Shown: piece after piece, positions 19,793 to 30,040 of the stretch
Layout: every line of letters starts with the position of its first letter
How positions within the stretch are numbered: the stretch's first letter is position 1
Assembly (NCBI GenBank): GCA_042408215.1
Contig: JAYFMW010000005.1
Span: 352,001-416,000 of the forward strand
Direction of reading: 5' to 3'
Length of the DNA: 64,000 bases
DNA from: Microcoleus sp.
GTDB taxonomy: Bacteria > Cyanobacteriota > Cyanobacteriia > Cyanobacteriales > Microcoleaceae
The notes under the pieces: model-generated
Database searches by the model: none
What the model was told of the DNA's origin: nothing
What the model saw: the letters and a program-made list of their open reading frames with translations, nothing else
Translations under genes and position numbers: made by a program

Positions 19793-21130
19793 CTAAAATC
19801 TAAAATCGATAAAGCTGGGATTCCGGCTAATGTAATCGGCAATTTTAGAAATAGACTGACGCATTTCTGTATCGCTGCCACTGCTGCTGTCAATTACAGT
19901 AATCACATAGGCTTCGCCGTCAATGCTCATCGCTAAAGTTGTGCCGAGAACTAGGGAATTTTCGCCGGTTTTTTCGCCCAGCCACTGAGCTTGAGTGCCT
20001 TTGAGAGCGGCAAATCCTATATTGCGATCGTATTGGCGGTTTAGGGTTTCTACTAAGAATTTAGCACCGGGTGTTTCGCCATTGTAAATTTGCACCATCA
20101 TTTCGGTGAGTTCGTTGACAGTCACGCGGTTACGGCCAGAACCGGGGTTGGTAGGCATAATCTTTTCCCCCATTAATTTGAAGTTGACGCGGGTGACTTG
20201 GTAGCCGCTATTTTCTAAGACTTGATTGATGTAATCGGCACCCAAATAATCAATAAGTTGATTGGTCGCAATATTACTGCTGCGATCGATCATTTCTTCT
20301 AACAGTGTCTTGAGCGGATAATTCTGCTTGGACTCAATTTTCGTCGATGAGTCTTCGGTGAAATTGCCCGGAGTCACATAGACTTTCTTGTCGAGACTTA
20401 TTTGTTCTTTGGCGACTTTGTTCATCAGGGCGACAGCAATGGGAAGTTTAATTAAGCTGGCTGGACTGACAGGAGGTACATCGCCCCGGAGGTGTAAGCA
20501 TTCTCTAGAAAGGCGACAAATGCCGATCGAAGCTTTCCCAGACAAGCCGCTTTCCCGGGCAATCGATCCCAAAAGCTCTGATTTGGCTTGCTGTAGTTGA
20601 GAGGTTGCTGCTGTTAAATTTTCGCGGTATTCTTGAATTTTTGAGGCAGTTAGAGGGGCTAAAAATGAATTTTGAGGAATTTCTTGCAAGTTGTTGAGGG
20701 CTTGCTGCCACAGAAATTGAGTTTGCTGCCCAGATTCGATCGACTGATTTGATGTAAGTCCAGCTTCTACGGCTTGGTTGGCTAAACGTACTGCTTGTTG
20801 CAAGTTGTCGTTAGCTCTTTGTTCTACTAATATTTGTACCTCTACTGCTTGCAAATCCTGTATCAGAGTTTCTTGAGGATTGGTGGTGGCGGTTACTAAG
20901 CGATCGAGCAGGGTTGGTTCTGGGGAGGGCGAGGGGGGTGTTTCTAATTGGGTGATGATGCGATCGCGGATTTTGTAGAGTTGATCGAGGGAGCGGAGGT
21001 TGGATGATTGAGAAAATGAACTGGCGATCGTTAACACCTGAAACAATCCGATCCCAGCTACTACTGCCAAAGTCTTGTTTATGGCAGGCGAAAAACGCCG
21101 AATCCCCAGCATAGTTAACATCCTCAACAC
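19793..21130 (-). CDS. Class A beta-lactamase-like serine hydrolase
   Basis: ASLIK (SxxK), SSN and KTG motifs. Confidence 0.85.
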   Translation of the reverse strand: MLRMLTMLGIRRFSPAINKTLAVVAGIGLFQVLTIASSFSQSSNLRSLDQLYKIRDRIITQLETPPSPSPEPTLLDRLVTATTNPQETLIQDLQAVEVQILVEQRANDNLQQAVRLANQAVEAGLTSNQSIESGQQTQFLWQQALNNLQEIPQNSFLAPLTASKIQEYRENLTAATSQLQQAKSELLGSIARESGLSGKASIGICRLSRECLHLRGDVPPVSPASLIKLPIAVALMNKVAKEQISLDKKVYVTPGNFTEDSSTKIESKQNYPLKTLLEEMIDRSSNIATNQLIDYLGADYINQVLENSGYQVTRVNFKLMGEKIMPTNPGSGRNRVTVNELTEMMVQIYNGETPGAKFLVETLNRQYDRNIGFAALKGTQAQWLGEKTGENSLVLGTTLAMSIDGEAYVITVIDSSSGSDTEMRQSISKIADYISRNPSFIDFRF

Positions 21131-21232
21131 AATAATATTTACAGCGAAGCCCTATGCGATCAAAGAGGTTATCCAAGAGAAAGAGGGCTATTGCAGTTTA
21201 GCAATTAACGCCCTCTAAATATTGGGTAAAAT

Positions 21233-21721
21233 CTACTTTCTGCGCCGGCGTCGCCAGTTAACACCCAAGCGCTTGAGGTAGTCCCAGCCGCGTTGGGGCC
21301 AGACATGAGCCCGGCCGGTCTTTTCGGCAATCCAGCGAGCTACTTTGGGGCCCGTCCAGTCTCCGCCGTCGGGGGCTGGGTTTTGCAGCGCTTGTCGCAG
21401 TTCTGCTTGCTGTTCTGGATTGAGTAAGGATTTAGCGGGAGGGGGCTGGCGGTCTCTGCTGCGGTTTTTGACAGAGTTGGGCCCTTCTCGGTTGTAGCGC
21501 TGGACAATTTCTTTGGCGTAGTCGTAGTTGAGGCCTATGACTTGGGCTGCTTGTTTGATAGTCCAATTTCTGGAAACTAATAGCAGCAAGTGCCAGCGGC
21601 GTGACTCTGTGGTGTTTTGTGCCTGCCGGTAGCGAATTCTGATTTCCTCTGCCGTCAGGTGAGATTCTAGGTGGGCTTTAGGTGGCATACCTCCATCGGG
21701 GCATCGGGAAGTTCTTACCAT
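21233..21721 (-). CDS. Helix-turn-helix protein resembling the N-terminal part of IS630 transposases; no DDE domain
   Basis: RRWHLLLL, RYNREG, GGDWTGPKVA and GWDYLKRLG. Confidence 0.7.
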   Translation of the reverse strand: MVRTSRCPDGGMPPKAHLESHLTAEEIRIRYRQAQNTTESRRWHLLLLVSRNWTIKQAAQVIGLNYDYAKEIVQRYNREGPNSVKNRSRDRQPPPAKSLLNPEQQAELRQALQNPAPDGGDWTGPKVARWIAEKTGRAHVWPQRGWDYLKRLGVNWRRRRRK

Positions 21722-22207
21722 ATTTCTCTCGGTTTGGGGAGAATCCCGGATAGTATTTTATCAAAGAGTTTGATTCTGGCGATCGGGGAGGCAAATACAA
21801 AGCTTTTTTTACCGCAGATGTCGGCGGCTGGACGCGGATTGACGCGGATGAAGCAAGTGTGAAATTTACAATTTTCAATGTACGGTCAGGCGATTTGCTG
21901 AAGTGGGGGATTGGAGTCGGCCTGTGCCCTAAAGCAAAGCCGGGGCTGGTGGTGAGTGTTCTGATTCGCCGCCGTCAGGGACAAGCTGCGATCGCCCCTG
22001 TTGTTAAACCGGGCCAATAGATTGAGGTATGTTCGATCGCTCTTTTGTTCGCAGGGGGATCAAAGGGCGATCGATCTTTTTCAACGGCAGATGACTCACA
22101 GGGGGGACGCTCGTGCCACAATAAATGGGGATTGGAGAGGGCGATCGCTGTCAGGTAGCAGTAGGAAAAGAAAACCTACAGCTAGGTTGTTTCATCTTTG
22201 ATTTTTG

Positions 22208-22504
22208 TCAAATTTGCATTATGTACAGACTGATGATTTTTTTGAGTTTTTCATGAGCTTCTATGGCGATCGCCGCTCCTAAATCTGGACGAACAACCCA
22301 CCACCAAACTAGGGTTTCTAAATGATTGGGGGTGTCATCGTTGGGACACTATTCAATAGTATTTTCGTTGACAACAATAATATTGGCACAAAGAGCGTTG
22401 GCAATGGCAACGCGATCGTCTAGTTTTTCAAACTGTACGATGTCTTGCCAGGGAATTTTATGGGGAAGAGAATTGAGAATTGATTGAATATCTAGAGTCA
22501 GCAT
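22208..22504 (-). pseudogene. Small hypothetical gene (99 codons) with an in-frame TAG at codon 52
   Basis: MLTLDIQS...NTIE*CPNDD...LVWWWVVRPDLGAAIA...QI*; the frame continues coherently past the stop. Confidence 0.55.
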
Positions 22505-22727
22505 TATGGGAGTAATAAATAGAGGATTTTAATCTCCGATATTAACATTTAATAAGTTCGAGCGAAAAAGCCGATCGCCCCCTCGAACTTTCGCCACAAA
22601 AATAATCGCTCCGTAGAACTACGCGAACCCACCAGGCGTGCAGACTTTGCCTTCGGACTGTAAGCAGGTACAATTGCCAGCTATATTGGCTGTATTGTCT
22701 CAAAGTAGAAATAATAAAGGTACGAGC

Positions 22728-24188
22728 ATGGCATCCATCCGCGAGTTGCACCGACAACTGGTTAATAAAGAACGCTCTGCTGTGGAAATTACTCAAGAAG
22801 CATTAAACCGCATTACCCAGCTAGAGCCGAAGTTGAAAAGCTTTCTGTGCGTGACAGCAGACAGCGCATTGGCGCAGGCCAGGAAAGTGGATGCACAAAT
22901 CGCCGCCGGAGAGGAAATTGGGCTGTTGGCCGGTATTCCGATCGCCGTTAAAGACAATATGTGCACCGAAGGCATTCCCACAACCTGCGCCTCTCGGATT
23001 TTGGAGAATTTTGTGCCTCCCTATGATGCAACTGTTGTCTCGAAACTCGCAGCAGCAGGCGCTGTGATGGTGGGTAAGGCAAATATGGACGAGTTTGCAA
23101 TGGGAAGTTCGACGGAAACTTCTGCTTATCAAGTTACGGCGAATCCTTGGGATTTGGAGCGCGTGCCCGGCGGGTCTTCGGGTGGTTCGGCGGCCGCAGT
23201 AGCAGCCGGAGAATGCGTTGTGGGCTTGGGTTCGGACACTGGGGGTTCGATCCGTCAACCAGCTTCTTTTTGTGGCTTGGTGGGGCTAAAACCGACCTAT
23301 GGATTGGTTTCTCGCTATGGTTTGGTGGCCTATGCTTCTTCTCTCGATCAAATCGGGCCCTTTGGCCGGACTGTTGAGGATACGGCGATTTTGTTGGGGG
23401 CGATCGCGGGTTACGATCCGAGAGATTCCACGAGTCTCAATGTCCCAATTCCTGATTACGCTCAAGCTTTGAGACCCAATTTGCGACCGAAAGGTCAGAT
23501 TAGAATTGGGGTAATTAAAGAAACTTTTGGCGTCGGGTTGGACTCTGAGGTGAAAGATGCGGTAACAAAGGCGATCGAACAATTTCAAAAATTGGGAGCA
23601 GAAATTCAAGTAGTTTCTTGTCCCCGGTTCCGCTACGGTTTGCCTACTTACTACATTATTGCTCCCTCGGAAGCTTCGGCAAATTTGGCGAGATATGATG
23701 GAGTAAAATACGGTTTCCGGTCTCCTGATTCCGACAATCTTTTGGATATGTATGCCAAAACTCGCGCTCAAGGGTTCGGTGCTGAAGTTAAACGCCGGAT
23801 TGCGATCGGCACTTACGTTTTGTCGGCTGGATATTACGACGCTTATTATCTAAAAGCTCAAAAAGTTCGCACTTTGATTAAAGAAGACTTTGAGAAAGCT
23901 TTTGCTCAAGTTGATGTTTTGGTCAGTCCGACAGCTCCGACTACGGCTTTTAAGGCAGGGGAAAAAATTGACGATCCGTTGAGTATGTATTTGTCCGATT
24001 TGATGACTATTCCAGTCAATCTTGCTGGTTTGCCAGCTTTGAGTTTGCCTTGTGGTTTTGACGATCGAGGACTGCCTGTGGGCATACAACTGATTGGTAA
24101 TGTTTTGCAAGAATCTCGGCTGTTTCAAGTGGCTCATGCCTACGAACAGTCTACAAATTGGCACTTGCACAGCCCGGAATTGCATTAA
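22728..24188 (+). CDS. gatA: Glu-tRNA(Gln) amidotransferase subunit A
   Basis: Amidase signature [27 protein letters not shown]. Confidence 0.97.
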   Translation: MASIRELHRQLVNKERSAVEITQEALNRITQLEPKLKSFLCVTADSALAQARKVDAQIAAGEEIGLLAGIPIAVKDNMCTEGIPTTCASRILENFVPPYDATVVSKLAAAGAVMVGKANMDEFAMGSSTETSAYQVTANPWDLERVPGGSSGGSAAAVAAGECVVGLGSDTGGSIRQPASFCGLVGLKPTYGLVSRYGLVAYASSLDQIGPFGRTVEDTAILLGAIAGYDPRDSTSLNVPIPDYAQALRPNLRPKGQIRIGVIKETFGVGLDSEVKDAVTKAIEQFQKLGAEIQVVSCPRFRYGLPTYYIIAPSEASANLARYDGVKYGFRSPDSDNLLDMYAKTRAQGFGAEVKRRIAIGTYVLSAGYYDAYYLKAQKVRTLIKEDFEKAFAQVDVLVSPTAPTTAFKAGEKIDDPLSMYLSDLMTIPVNLAGLPALSLPCGFDDRGLPVGIQLIGNVLQESRLFQVAHAYEQSTNWHLHSPELH

Positions 24189-24314
24189 TTTTTGAAATTC
24201 GGCGGAACGCACCGGCGGGAGTTAGTAATAGATAATGGCTAATTATGTGAATTAATAATTAGCCATTAGCTTTTGACTGGTCTCTAATTATCCCCGTGCA
24301 ATTTCCGATCGTTT

Positions 24315-25334
24315 ATGAACAAATTGATTGTATTTATTTTGCCGAAATCGCTAGTAGCTATTGGGATGTTTTTGGCGATCGCCTATGCTGGTGCTTGTGT
24401 ATTTCTATTTGCAGCGCAAAGCAAGTTTATCTTTTTTCCGACGCGGGCGATCGCAGCTACGCCCGACGATGTGCAGTTGGGATATCAAGATGTTGTGCTG
24501 CCAATTTCCAGTAAAAATGGCGCGCCCGAAAGCGTACACGGGTGGTGGATTCCAGCCTCGCATACCCCCCCCAACCCCCCCTTGCCAAAGGGGGGAGAAA
24601 GAGGAGCCGTTTTGACCCCGCAAAGCGAGGGAGGGACTGCTCCGGTTCCCCCCCAAAGTGAGGGAAGGCCCACTCCGATTCCCCCCCTTAACAAGGGGGG
24701 GTTAGGGGGGGTAGTTTTGTACCTGCATGGGAATGGTTTAAATGTGGGGGCCAATGTCGAACACGCTAATCGATTTCATCGGTTAGGTTTGTCGGTGTTT
24801 TTAATAGATTATCGCGGTTACGGACAAAGCCAGGGCGATTTTCCGACAGAATCTCAGGTTTATGAAGATGCTCAACTTGCTTGGGATTATTTGGTGAAAA
24901 AACGGGGAATTAACCCGAATCAAATTTATATCTACGGTCATTCTTTGGGAGGGGCGATCGCGATCGATCTAGCAGTGCGCCACCCGGAGGCGGCGGGGTT
25001 AATCGTGGAAGGCTCTTTTACTTCGGCGCGGGCTATGGTGGACTTCCAAGCCGGGGTGTATCGGATGTTTCCGATAGATTTGTTGCTGATACAGCGGTTT
25101 GATTCGATCGCTAAAGTCGATCGGCTGCAAATGCCTGTGCTATTTATTCACGGAACTGCTGATACTGTAGTTCCCGTTGAGATGAGCAAAAAACTGTTTG
25201 ATAGCGCGCCTGAACCCAAACAGTTGTACATCGTTCCTGATGCCGGTCATAATAATTTGGCAGAGTTTGCGGGCGCTGAATATCTGCTCATGGTGCGCCA
25301 ATTTTTGGAACATACCAACAAAATTAAAAATTAA
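24315..25334 (+). CDS. Alpha/beta hydrolase (ABHD-type) with an in-frame repeat insertion
   Basis: YLHGNG, DYRGYG, GHSLGG, HGTAD and AGHNN. Confidence 0.9.
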   Translation: MNKLIVFILPKSLVAIGMFLAIAYAGACVFLFAAQSKFIFFPTRAIAATPDDVQLGYQDVVLPISSKNGAPESVHGWWIPASHTPPNPPLPKGGERGAVLTPQSEGGTAPVPPQSEGRPTPIPPLNKGGLGGVVLYLHGNGLNVGANVEHANRFHRLGLSVFLIDYRGYGQSQGDFPTESQVYEDAQLAWDYLVKKRGINPNQIYIYGHSLGGAIAIDLAVRHPEAAGLIVEGSFTSARAMVDFQAGVYRMFPIDLLLIQRFDSIAKVDRLQMPVLFIHGTADTVVPVEMSKKLFDSAPEPKQLYIVPDAGHNNLAEFAGAEYLLMVRQFLEHTNKIKN

Positions 25335-25366
25335 ACCGGGGAAAGAACAGCAGCCAAAGTTGTCGG

Positions 25367-26113
25367 CTAAAAAATGTTAATCCATTGAGGTTCGGTATAG
25401 ATAGCATGGCAATAATTGCAGTAATTATTCATCTGAAAAACTGCTTGTGGTTCTCCCTTAACTGGGCAGCCTCGCCGAGATTTTGAGCGGTTCGGCATCA
25501 GCGCGCCACAGAGATTAGCATCTTTAAGAATAGCTTTGTTTAATCTAGCATCGCTCAAGTCAGCTTCTCTGAGGTCGGCACCGCTGAGGTTTGCACCACT
25601 CAAATCCGCTGCTGTGAGGTCGGCACCGATGAGATTTGCACCAGTTAAATTGGCATTTCTTAGGTCGCTCTGACCTAGTTTAGCACCGCTCAAATTAGTA
25701 CATTTTAAGTTAGCCAACTGGAGGGATGCGTCTTTCAAAAAACTGGCGCTGAGGTTAGCATTTTCTAAGTTGGCTCCCCTGATATCCGCCCTGCTGAGGT
25801 CTGCTCTACTGAGGTCAGCATCGCTCAAAAAGGCGTTTCTCATGTTGGCGTTGTTTAAATTAGCTTCCATTAAATCAGCCGCTGTCAAGTCGGCATCAAT
25901 CAGGTCTGCTCTGCTGAGGATGGCACCGCTCAAGTTGGCGCCAAATAAGTCTGCACGGTTCAAGGAAGCGCCGAATAGGTCACATCCCGGACATCCTCTT
26001 GTTTCTAACAGTCGCTTGAGTAGAGGCAAATTTTGAGCTTGTAGGGGAACTGCTGCGAAAAATGGCAGTAGCAGTATCGCTGCTGTGAGCATTGTCAGTT
26101 TGATTTTGGTCAT
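25367..26113 (-). CDS. Pentapeptide repeat protein with signal peptide
   Basis: A(D/N)LxG repeats; CPGCDL. Confidence 0.9.
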   Translation of the reverse strand: MTKIKLTMLTAAILLLPFFAAVPLQAQNLPLLKRLLETRGCPGCDLFGASLNRADLFGANLSGAILSRADLIDADLTAADLMEANLNNANMRNAFLSDADLSRADLSRADIRGANLENANLSASFLKDASLQLANLKCTNLSGAKLGQSDLRNANLTGANLIGADLTAADLSGANLSGADLREADLSDARLNKAILKDANLCGALMPNRSKSRRGCPVKGEPQAVFQMNNYCNYCHAIYTEPQWINIF

Positions 26114-26513
26114 GTTGCTTAAGTTGCTGTAGCTGGCCTTGATCGGTGAGTTTTCACTCTACTTTAATCTCGACTCTTGGGGATTAACCCAAAGCAATTT
26201 GCTCACAAGCCCCTGAATTTATCAAGATTGAGTAATTCTCAAATCTCAAATCGGCTGACAGCAAATGAGTATTTGTACTCTGTGTAGTGTAATTTTGGTA
26301 CGGAGGGCGATCGTCCTCCGTACAGGTGCTTAGTGATTAAGCCAATTGGCTTATACTGTTAAGACATATTGCCGATGTGCTGCGTTCTCTAACAAGATAG
26401 CATCTTGATGTGAGCGACGAAAAAATACTGAGTTACTAAGTATAAAAAAATACACTAGCTCTCCGGTGGATGTGGAAATTGGGATAGTCAACACTTGCAG
26501 AAGCGGAAAATAA

Positions 26514-27164
26514 ATGTCTAAGAGCATAGATGAACTGGCAGAAGGCGGCAGAGGGGTTAAACTGATGTGGCAGATTGCAGACGAGCTAAGTTATACCCGG
26601 ACTCTCGACGGTCGCAATTGTTTGTTACTGACTAAAAATTATCAAGCAGAAATTTGCGATCGACCTAAAAATATTAAAAAAGCTAGTGCTTTAGATGAGT
26701 TACTGAATTTGTTAAACCAATGGGACTGGCTGGCTCAAGAACAGCAAGCAGAAGAGTTGAAGGAAAGTCGCGTTCAAAAAATTAGTCTACAAGTCAATAA
26801 TCATCTGAATGCTTTAACTGAAGTTTTGGAGTGGTTTGAGCAGTTGGAGGATTTATCGCTTCCCAATCAGGTGTGGTGGGGGTGTCAGCTAGCTTTAGCT
26901 GAAGGTTTCACTAATGCAGTTCGCCACGCTCACAAAGATCTGCCACATTCAACTCCTATTCAACTGGAAGTTACGGTGTTTAAGGGATACTTGGAGTTGA
27001 GAATTTGGGATGGCGGACAATATTTTGATTTGAATGCTAAGCTCAGGGAAATTATGGCAGCAGAAATAAAAAGCTGCTTAGATTTAGATGATTTTAGCGC
27101 TCCTTGCTTAGTACCTAGCAGAACGGAAAAATTGGAAGAGTCGCTGTTGCTAGTCGCTGGGTAG
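26514..27164 (+). CDS. Anti-sigma regulatory factor-like HATPase with atypical motif order
   Basis: EGGRG and NCLLL at the N-terminus; EGFTNAVRHAH and IWDGG later. Confidence 0.65.
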   Translation: MSKSIDELAEGGRGVKLMWQIADELSYTRTLDGRNCLLLTKNYQAEICDRPKNIKKASALDELLNLLNQWDWLAQEQQAEELKESRVQKISLQVNNHLNALTEVLEWFEQLEDLSLPNQVWWGCQLALAEGFTNAVRHAHKDLPHSTPIQLEVTVFKGYLELRIWDGGQYFDLNAKLREIMAAEIKSCLDLDDFSAPCLVPSRTEKLEESLLLVAG

Positions 27165-27320
27165 TGCTGTTATGTATAGAAATCAACTGACTGACACAGT
27201 TGTCCAGGTGTTAGAACAAAATCGGTGTTTAGGGGACGAGTTAGTGGTGTTGTCTGTAGATGGGTTTTAAATACTGCCTTCGTGCTGTATCATAGTATCT
27301 GGTCGCTATACCAATTACTA

Positions 27321-27638
27321 ATGATTTCCAAGGAAACTTTATTTGTTCTGTCTCTATTCCCTTACTTGGGATTTCTGTGGTTTTTGACTCGATCGGGAAA
27401 AACACCGCGTTTAGCTCTGATTGGATTTTATGGAACTTTGGTTTTTGTGGCGGTGACTATTCCCGCAGCAATTTACGCAAAAGTAGTCTACAACGAATCC
27501 CTAGCAAATGTCGATTGGCTGCACGGCGGTGCGGAATTATTCTTAACACTTGCCAATATTTTAGTAGTTTTAGGCTTTAGGGAATCGGTGATTAAAGCCA
27601 AACAATCATCCCAAATCCCCAATCCCAAATCCCAATGA
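27321..27638 (+). CDS. DUF3593-like membrane protein
   Basis: SLFPYLGFL, FVAVTIPA and VDWLHGGAE. Confidence 0.8.
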   Translation: MISKETLFVLSLFPYLGFLWFLTRSGKTPRLALIGFYGTLVFVAVTIPAAIYAKVVYNESLANVDWLHGGAELFLTLANILVVLGFRESVIKAKQSSQIPNPKSQ

Positions 27639-27671
27639 CAGCCCCCGCATCGGCAAAAATTCCTCCCAACC

Positions 27672-29267
27672 CTAAAAGGGAGGATCTGTTGTTTTCGATG
27701 ATTCTGTGAGATAGTTCAGATACCGAGAAATGCGATCGGGTTCTGTGTCAAGTAAACGGCTAGCCCAAGAGTGTAAATTTAGTCGATCGCGCATTTCTCG
27801 AAACACCAGAACATCCGGGTTATGATGGAGAGGAAAAACACAAGCATCAAAGCCAGCAGACTTGAGACGACTGACTGTTTCCTCACCATCTTGCACCCAC
27901 AATTGGCGATTAATGCGAACAGGTTGACAGGAATATTCACCTAGGACAATTCCCCCCACAGACACGCTAGCATCTTCTCCACGATTTGAAAGTTCTTGCA
28001 AAATAGCTTTGAGATGCTTCATTTTTTCAGTGTCTTTTACTAGCTTTCGTGTAAACTTGACAATCACCATTTGTAAAACTGCTACAGGTTTTGCTACTTG
28101 TACAATCTTCACTGGTTCTGGGTACAAAACCTCTGCCTCTTCAGTGTCCAATGGCTTGATTTCCTCTGCCATCTCTACCTCTTTTATTGGCTTTGCATCG
28201 TCTACAATTATCTGAATTTCCTCCCCGTCTTTCTCGATTTTTCCACTAATCAGTAAGACAGCATTCTCTGTAATATGTGAGCCAACTTGTTCATAAGTCT
28301 TGGGAAACACAACAGCTTTGATTTGATGTGTTAAATCTTCTATTTGCAAAATTGCCATCTTCTCCCCTTTCTTTGTCACTACAGGTTTGATAGCACCGAT
28401 CATCACAATAACTGATACTTTCCCTTTTTTATCTGCTAGTTGTTCGAGAGTAACAACATCTGGGTCTTGGTTCATTTGAAGCAAATTTTTCAGGGGATGT
28501 TCTGATACATAAAAGCCCAGCAATTCTTTTTCTAATTGCAACTTTTTCTGTGGATCGTAATCTTTGACTATTTTAGATTTTGGCGCAGACTCATACTTAT
28601 TCGCAGACTTCCCAAAGCTCATCCCACCTAACAAGTCAAATAGATTACCTTGACCGCTTTCTCGGTCTTTTTTCCGGTCTTGTGCCCATTTAATGACCCC
28701 TTCCATGTCCTGGACTAATTGATTGCGGTTGCTCTCAATTTTATCAAAAGCTCCGCATTGAATTAATGCTTCCAAAGCGCGACGGTTGACAGCATGAAGA
28801 TTTACGCGATCGCACAAATCTGGTAAAGATTTAAACTTACCCCCTTCCTGTCGCGCCTCCAAAATATTTTCAATTGCGCCCTCACCCACATTTTTAACCG
28901 CCGAAATCCCAAACAAAATTTTATCTTTAGATCCGGTCATCTTGAGCGGCGTAAAAGTAAGTTCAGAGCCATTAATATCAGGCGGCTCAACCTCAATACC
29001 CAGCTTGAGACAATTGGCGATATATCTCTGTACTTTATCCTGGTCGCCACTGTTAGCAGTCAACAGTGCAGCCATGTATTCTACAGTAAAATTTGCCTTT
29101 AAATAAGCAGTTTGATAAGTGATATAGGCATAGGCCATTGAATGGGATTTATTAAAGCAATTAGATACCACCAGACTATTTTCTAGCGTAAAATTATGGT
29201 CTTTTTCAACACCAATGTCATATACCTCTTGAGTTCCTATTGATTTTCTACTAATAATTTTAACCAT
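27672..29267 (-). CDS. dnaE: DNA polymerase III alpha, C-terminal half, starting with a 36-aa split intein IntC
   Basis: MVKIISRK...VYDIGV...HNF...SN|CFNKSH; HhH and OB-fold regions; AGGAG RBS before ATG 29267. Confidence 0.95.
   Translation of the reverse strand: MVKIISRKSIGTQEVYDIGVEKDHNFTLENSLVVSNCFNKSHSMAYAYITYQTAYLKANFTVEYMAALLTANSGDQDKVQRYIANCLKLGIEVEPPDINGSELTFTPLKMTGSKDKILFGISAVKNVGEGAIENILEARQEGGKFKSLPDLCDRVNLHAVNRRALEALIQCGAFDKIESNRNQLVQDMEGVIKWAQDRKKDRESGQGNLFDLLGGMSFGKSANKYESAPKSKIVKDYDPQKKLQLEKELLGFYVSEHPLKNLLQMNQDPDVVTLEQLADKKGKVSVIVMIGAIKPVVTKKGEKMAILQIEDLTHQIKAVVFPKTYEQVGSHITENAVLLISGKIEKDGEEIQIIVDDAKPIKEVEMAEEIKPLDTEEAEVLYPEPVKIVQVAKPVAVLQMVIVKFTRKLVKDTEKMKHLKAILQELSNRGEDASVSVGGIVLGEYSCQPVRINRQLWVQDGEETVSRLKSAGFDACVFPLHHNPDVLVFREMRDRLNLHSWASRLLDTEPDRISRYLNYLTESSKTTDPPF
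29160..29267 (-). other. DnaE split intein C-fragment (36 aa)
   Basis: Block F/G: VYDIGVEKDHNF, terminal Asn, Cys+1. Confidence 0.95.
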
Positions 29268-30039
29268 GTTTATAACTCCTGAGAATAGCCTCAATTTTAG
29301 TCTTCTTTCGTTGCAGTCCCAATTGGGGATATTGATACACAAAATCATAAAATGCTTGTATGTTTTTCCGACTAAATATTCTCCAGTAATAAACTTTTTT
29401 GAATAGATGCTCTTGTACAGAGCCCATGCCTAGGTGCATTGCTAGTTCGCAGGCAAATTCAAAAGAACCGACGATGCACACTAAACCGCCACTTCTGCCC
29501 TTGTTTGCATAAGCACAGCCGTCGCCATCAAAGTAGCCTAACACATAAGACGCTAAATATTTTGAGTTTGGGAAATAAGTAACTCCCGAAAAAGTCCTTC
29601 CTGGTATGATGCCGTAGCCGTGTAAAGAGCTTGCCAGTTGTTCAGAAGAAAAATTTATTCGGTAGTGAGGAGCGTAATTTTGAGGCTGAACAACTCTAAT
29701 TTCACCAGAGTATTGTAGCTCTATTCTGAGCATTTCTGTGAGTTCTTTGTCAATAGATTCAAATGCTACATAATTAGTGTTAGTAACGCAGCCATCAGCA
29801 GCTATTAACCCTAACAAATAAGCTTTAGATTGAGAGTCAATTACATCAAAATAGCTTTCATTTAAATAATATCGGTTTCGCCGCTTAGTATTAATATCAG
29901 CTTCTTTTAAAACTCTTGAAACCGCTCTTTCACTCACGCCAAGGTAGTTAGGAATTTCTCGGCACTCCATACCACGCTCAAAAGCAGAAATGATTTGTTG
30001 CTTGTGTTCCGATTTTAATTTCCTATAGTCGAGATACAT
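29260..30039 (-). CDS. Free-standing double-motif LAGLIDADG homing endonuclease with N-terminal HTH
   Basis: AYLLGLIAADG and YVLGYFDGDG motifs; HTH-like IPNYLGVSERAVSRVL; C-terminal LQRK. Confidence 0.9.
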   Translation of the reverse strand: MYLDYRKLKSEHKQQIISAFERGMECREIPNYLGVSERAVSRVLKEADINTKRRNRYYLNESYFDVIDSQSKAYLLGLIAADGCVTNTNYVAFESIDKELTEMLRIELQYSGEIRVVQPQNYAPHYRINFSSEQLASSLHGYGIIPGRTFSGVTYFPNSKYLASYVLGYFDGDGCAYANKGRSGGLVCIVGSFEFACELAMHLGMGSVQEHLFKKVYYWRIFSRKNIQAFYDFVYQYPQLGLQRKKTKIEAILRSYKHG

Positions 30040-30040
30040 T

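Noticed and set aside
21233..21721. Active IS630 element
   Set aside because: No DDE ORF or terminal repeats seen; composition is host-like
29268..29348. Longer start for dnaE-C
   Set aside because: IntC begins MVKII at 29267 with its own RBS
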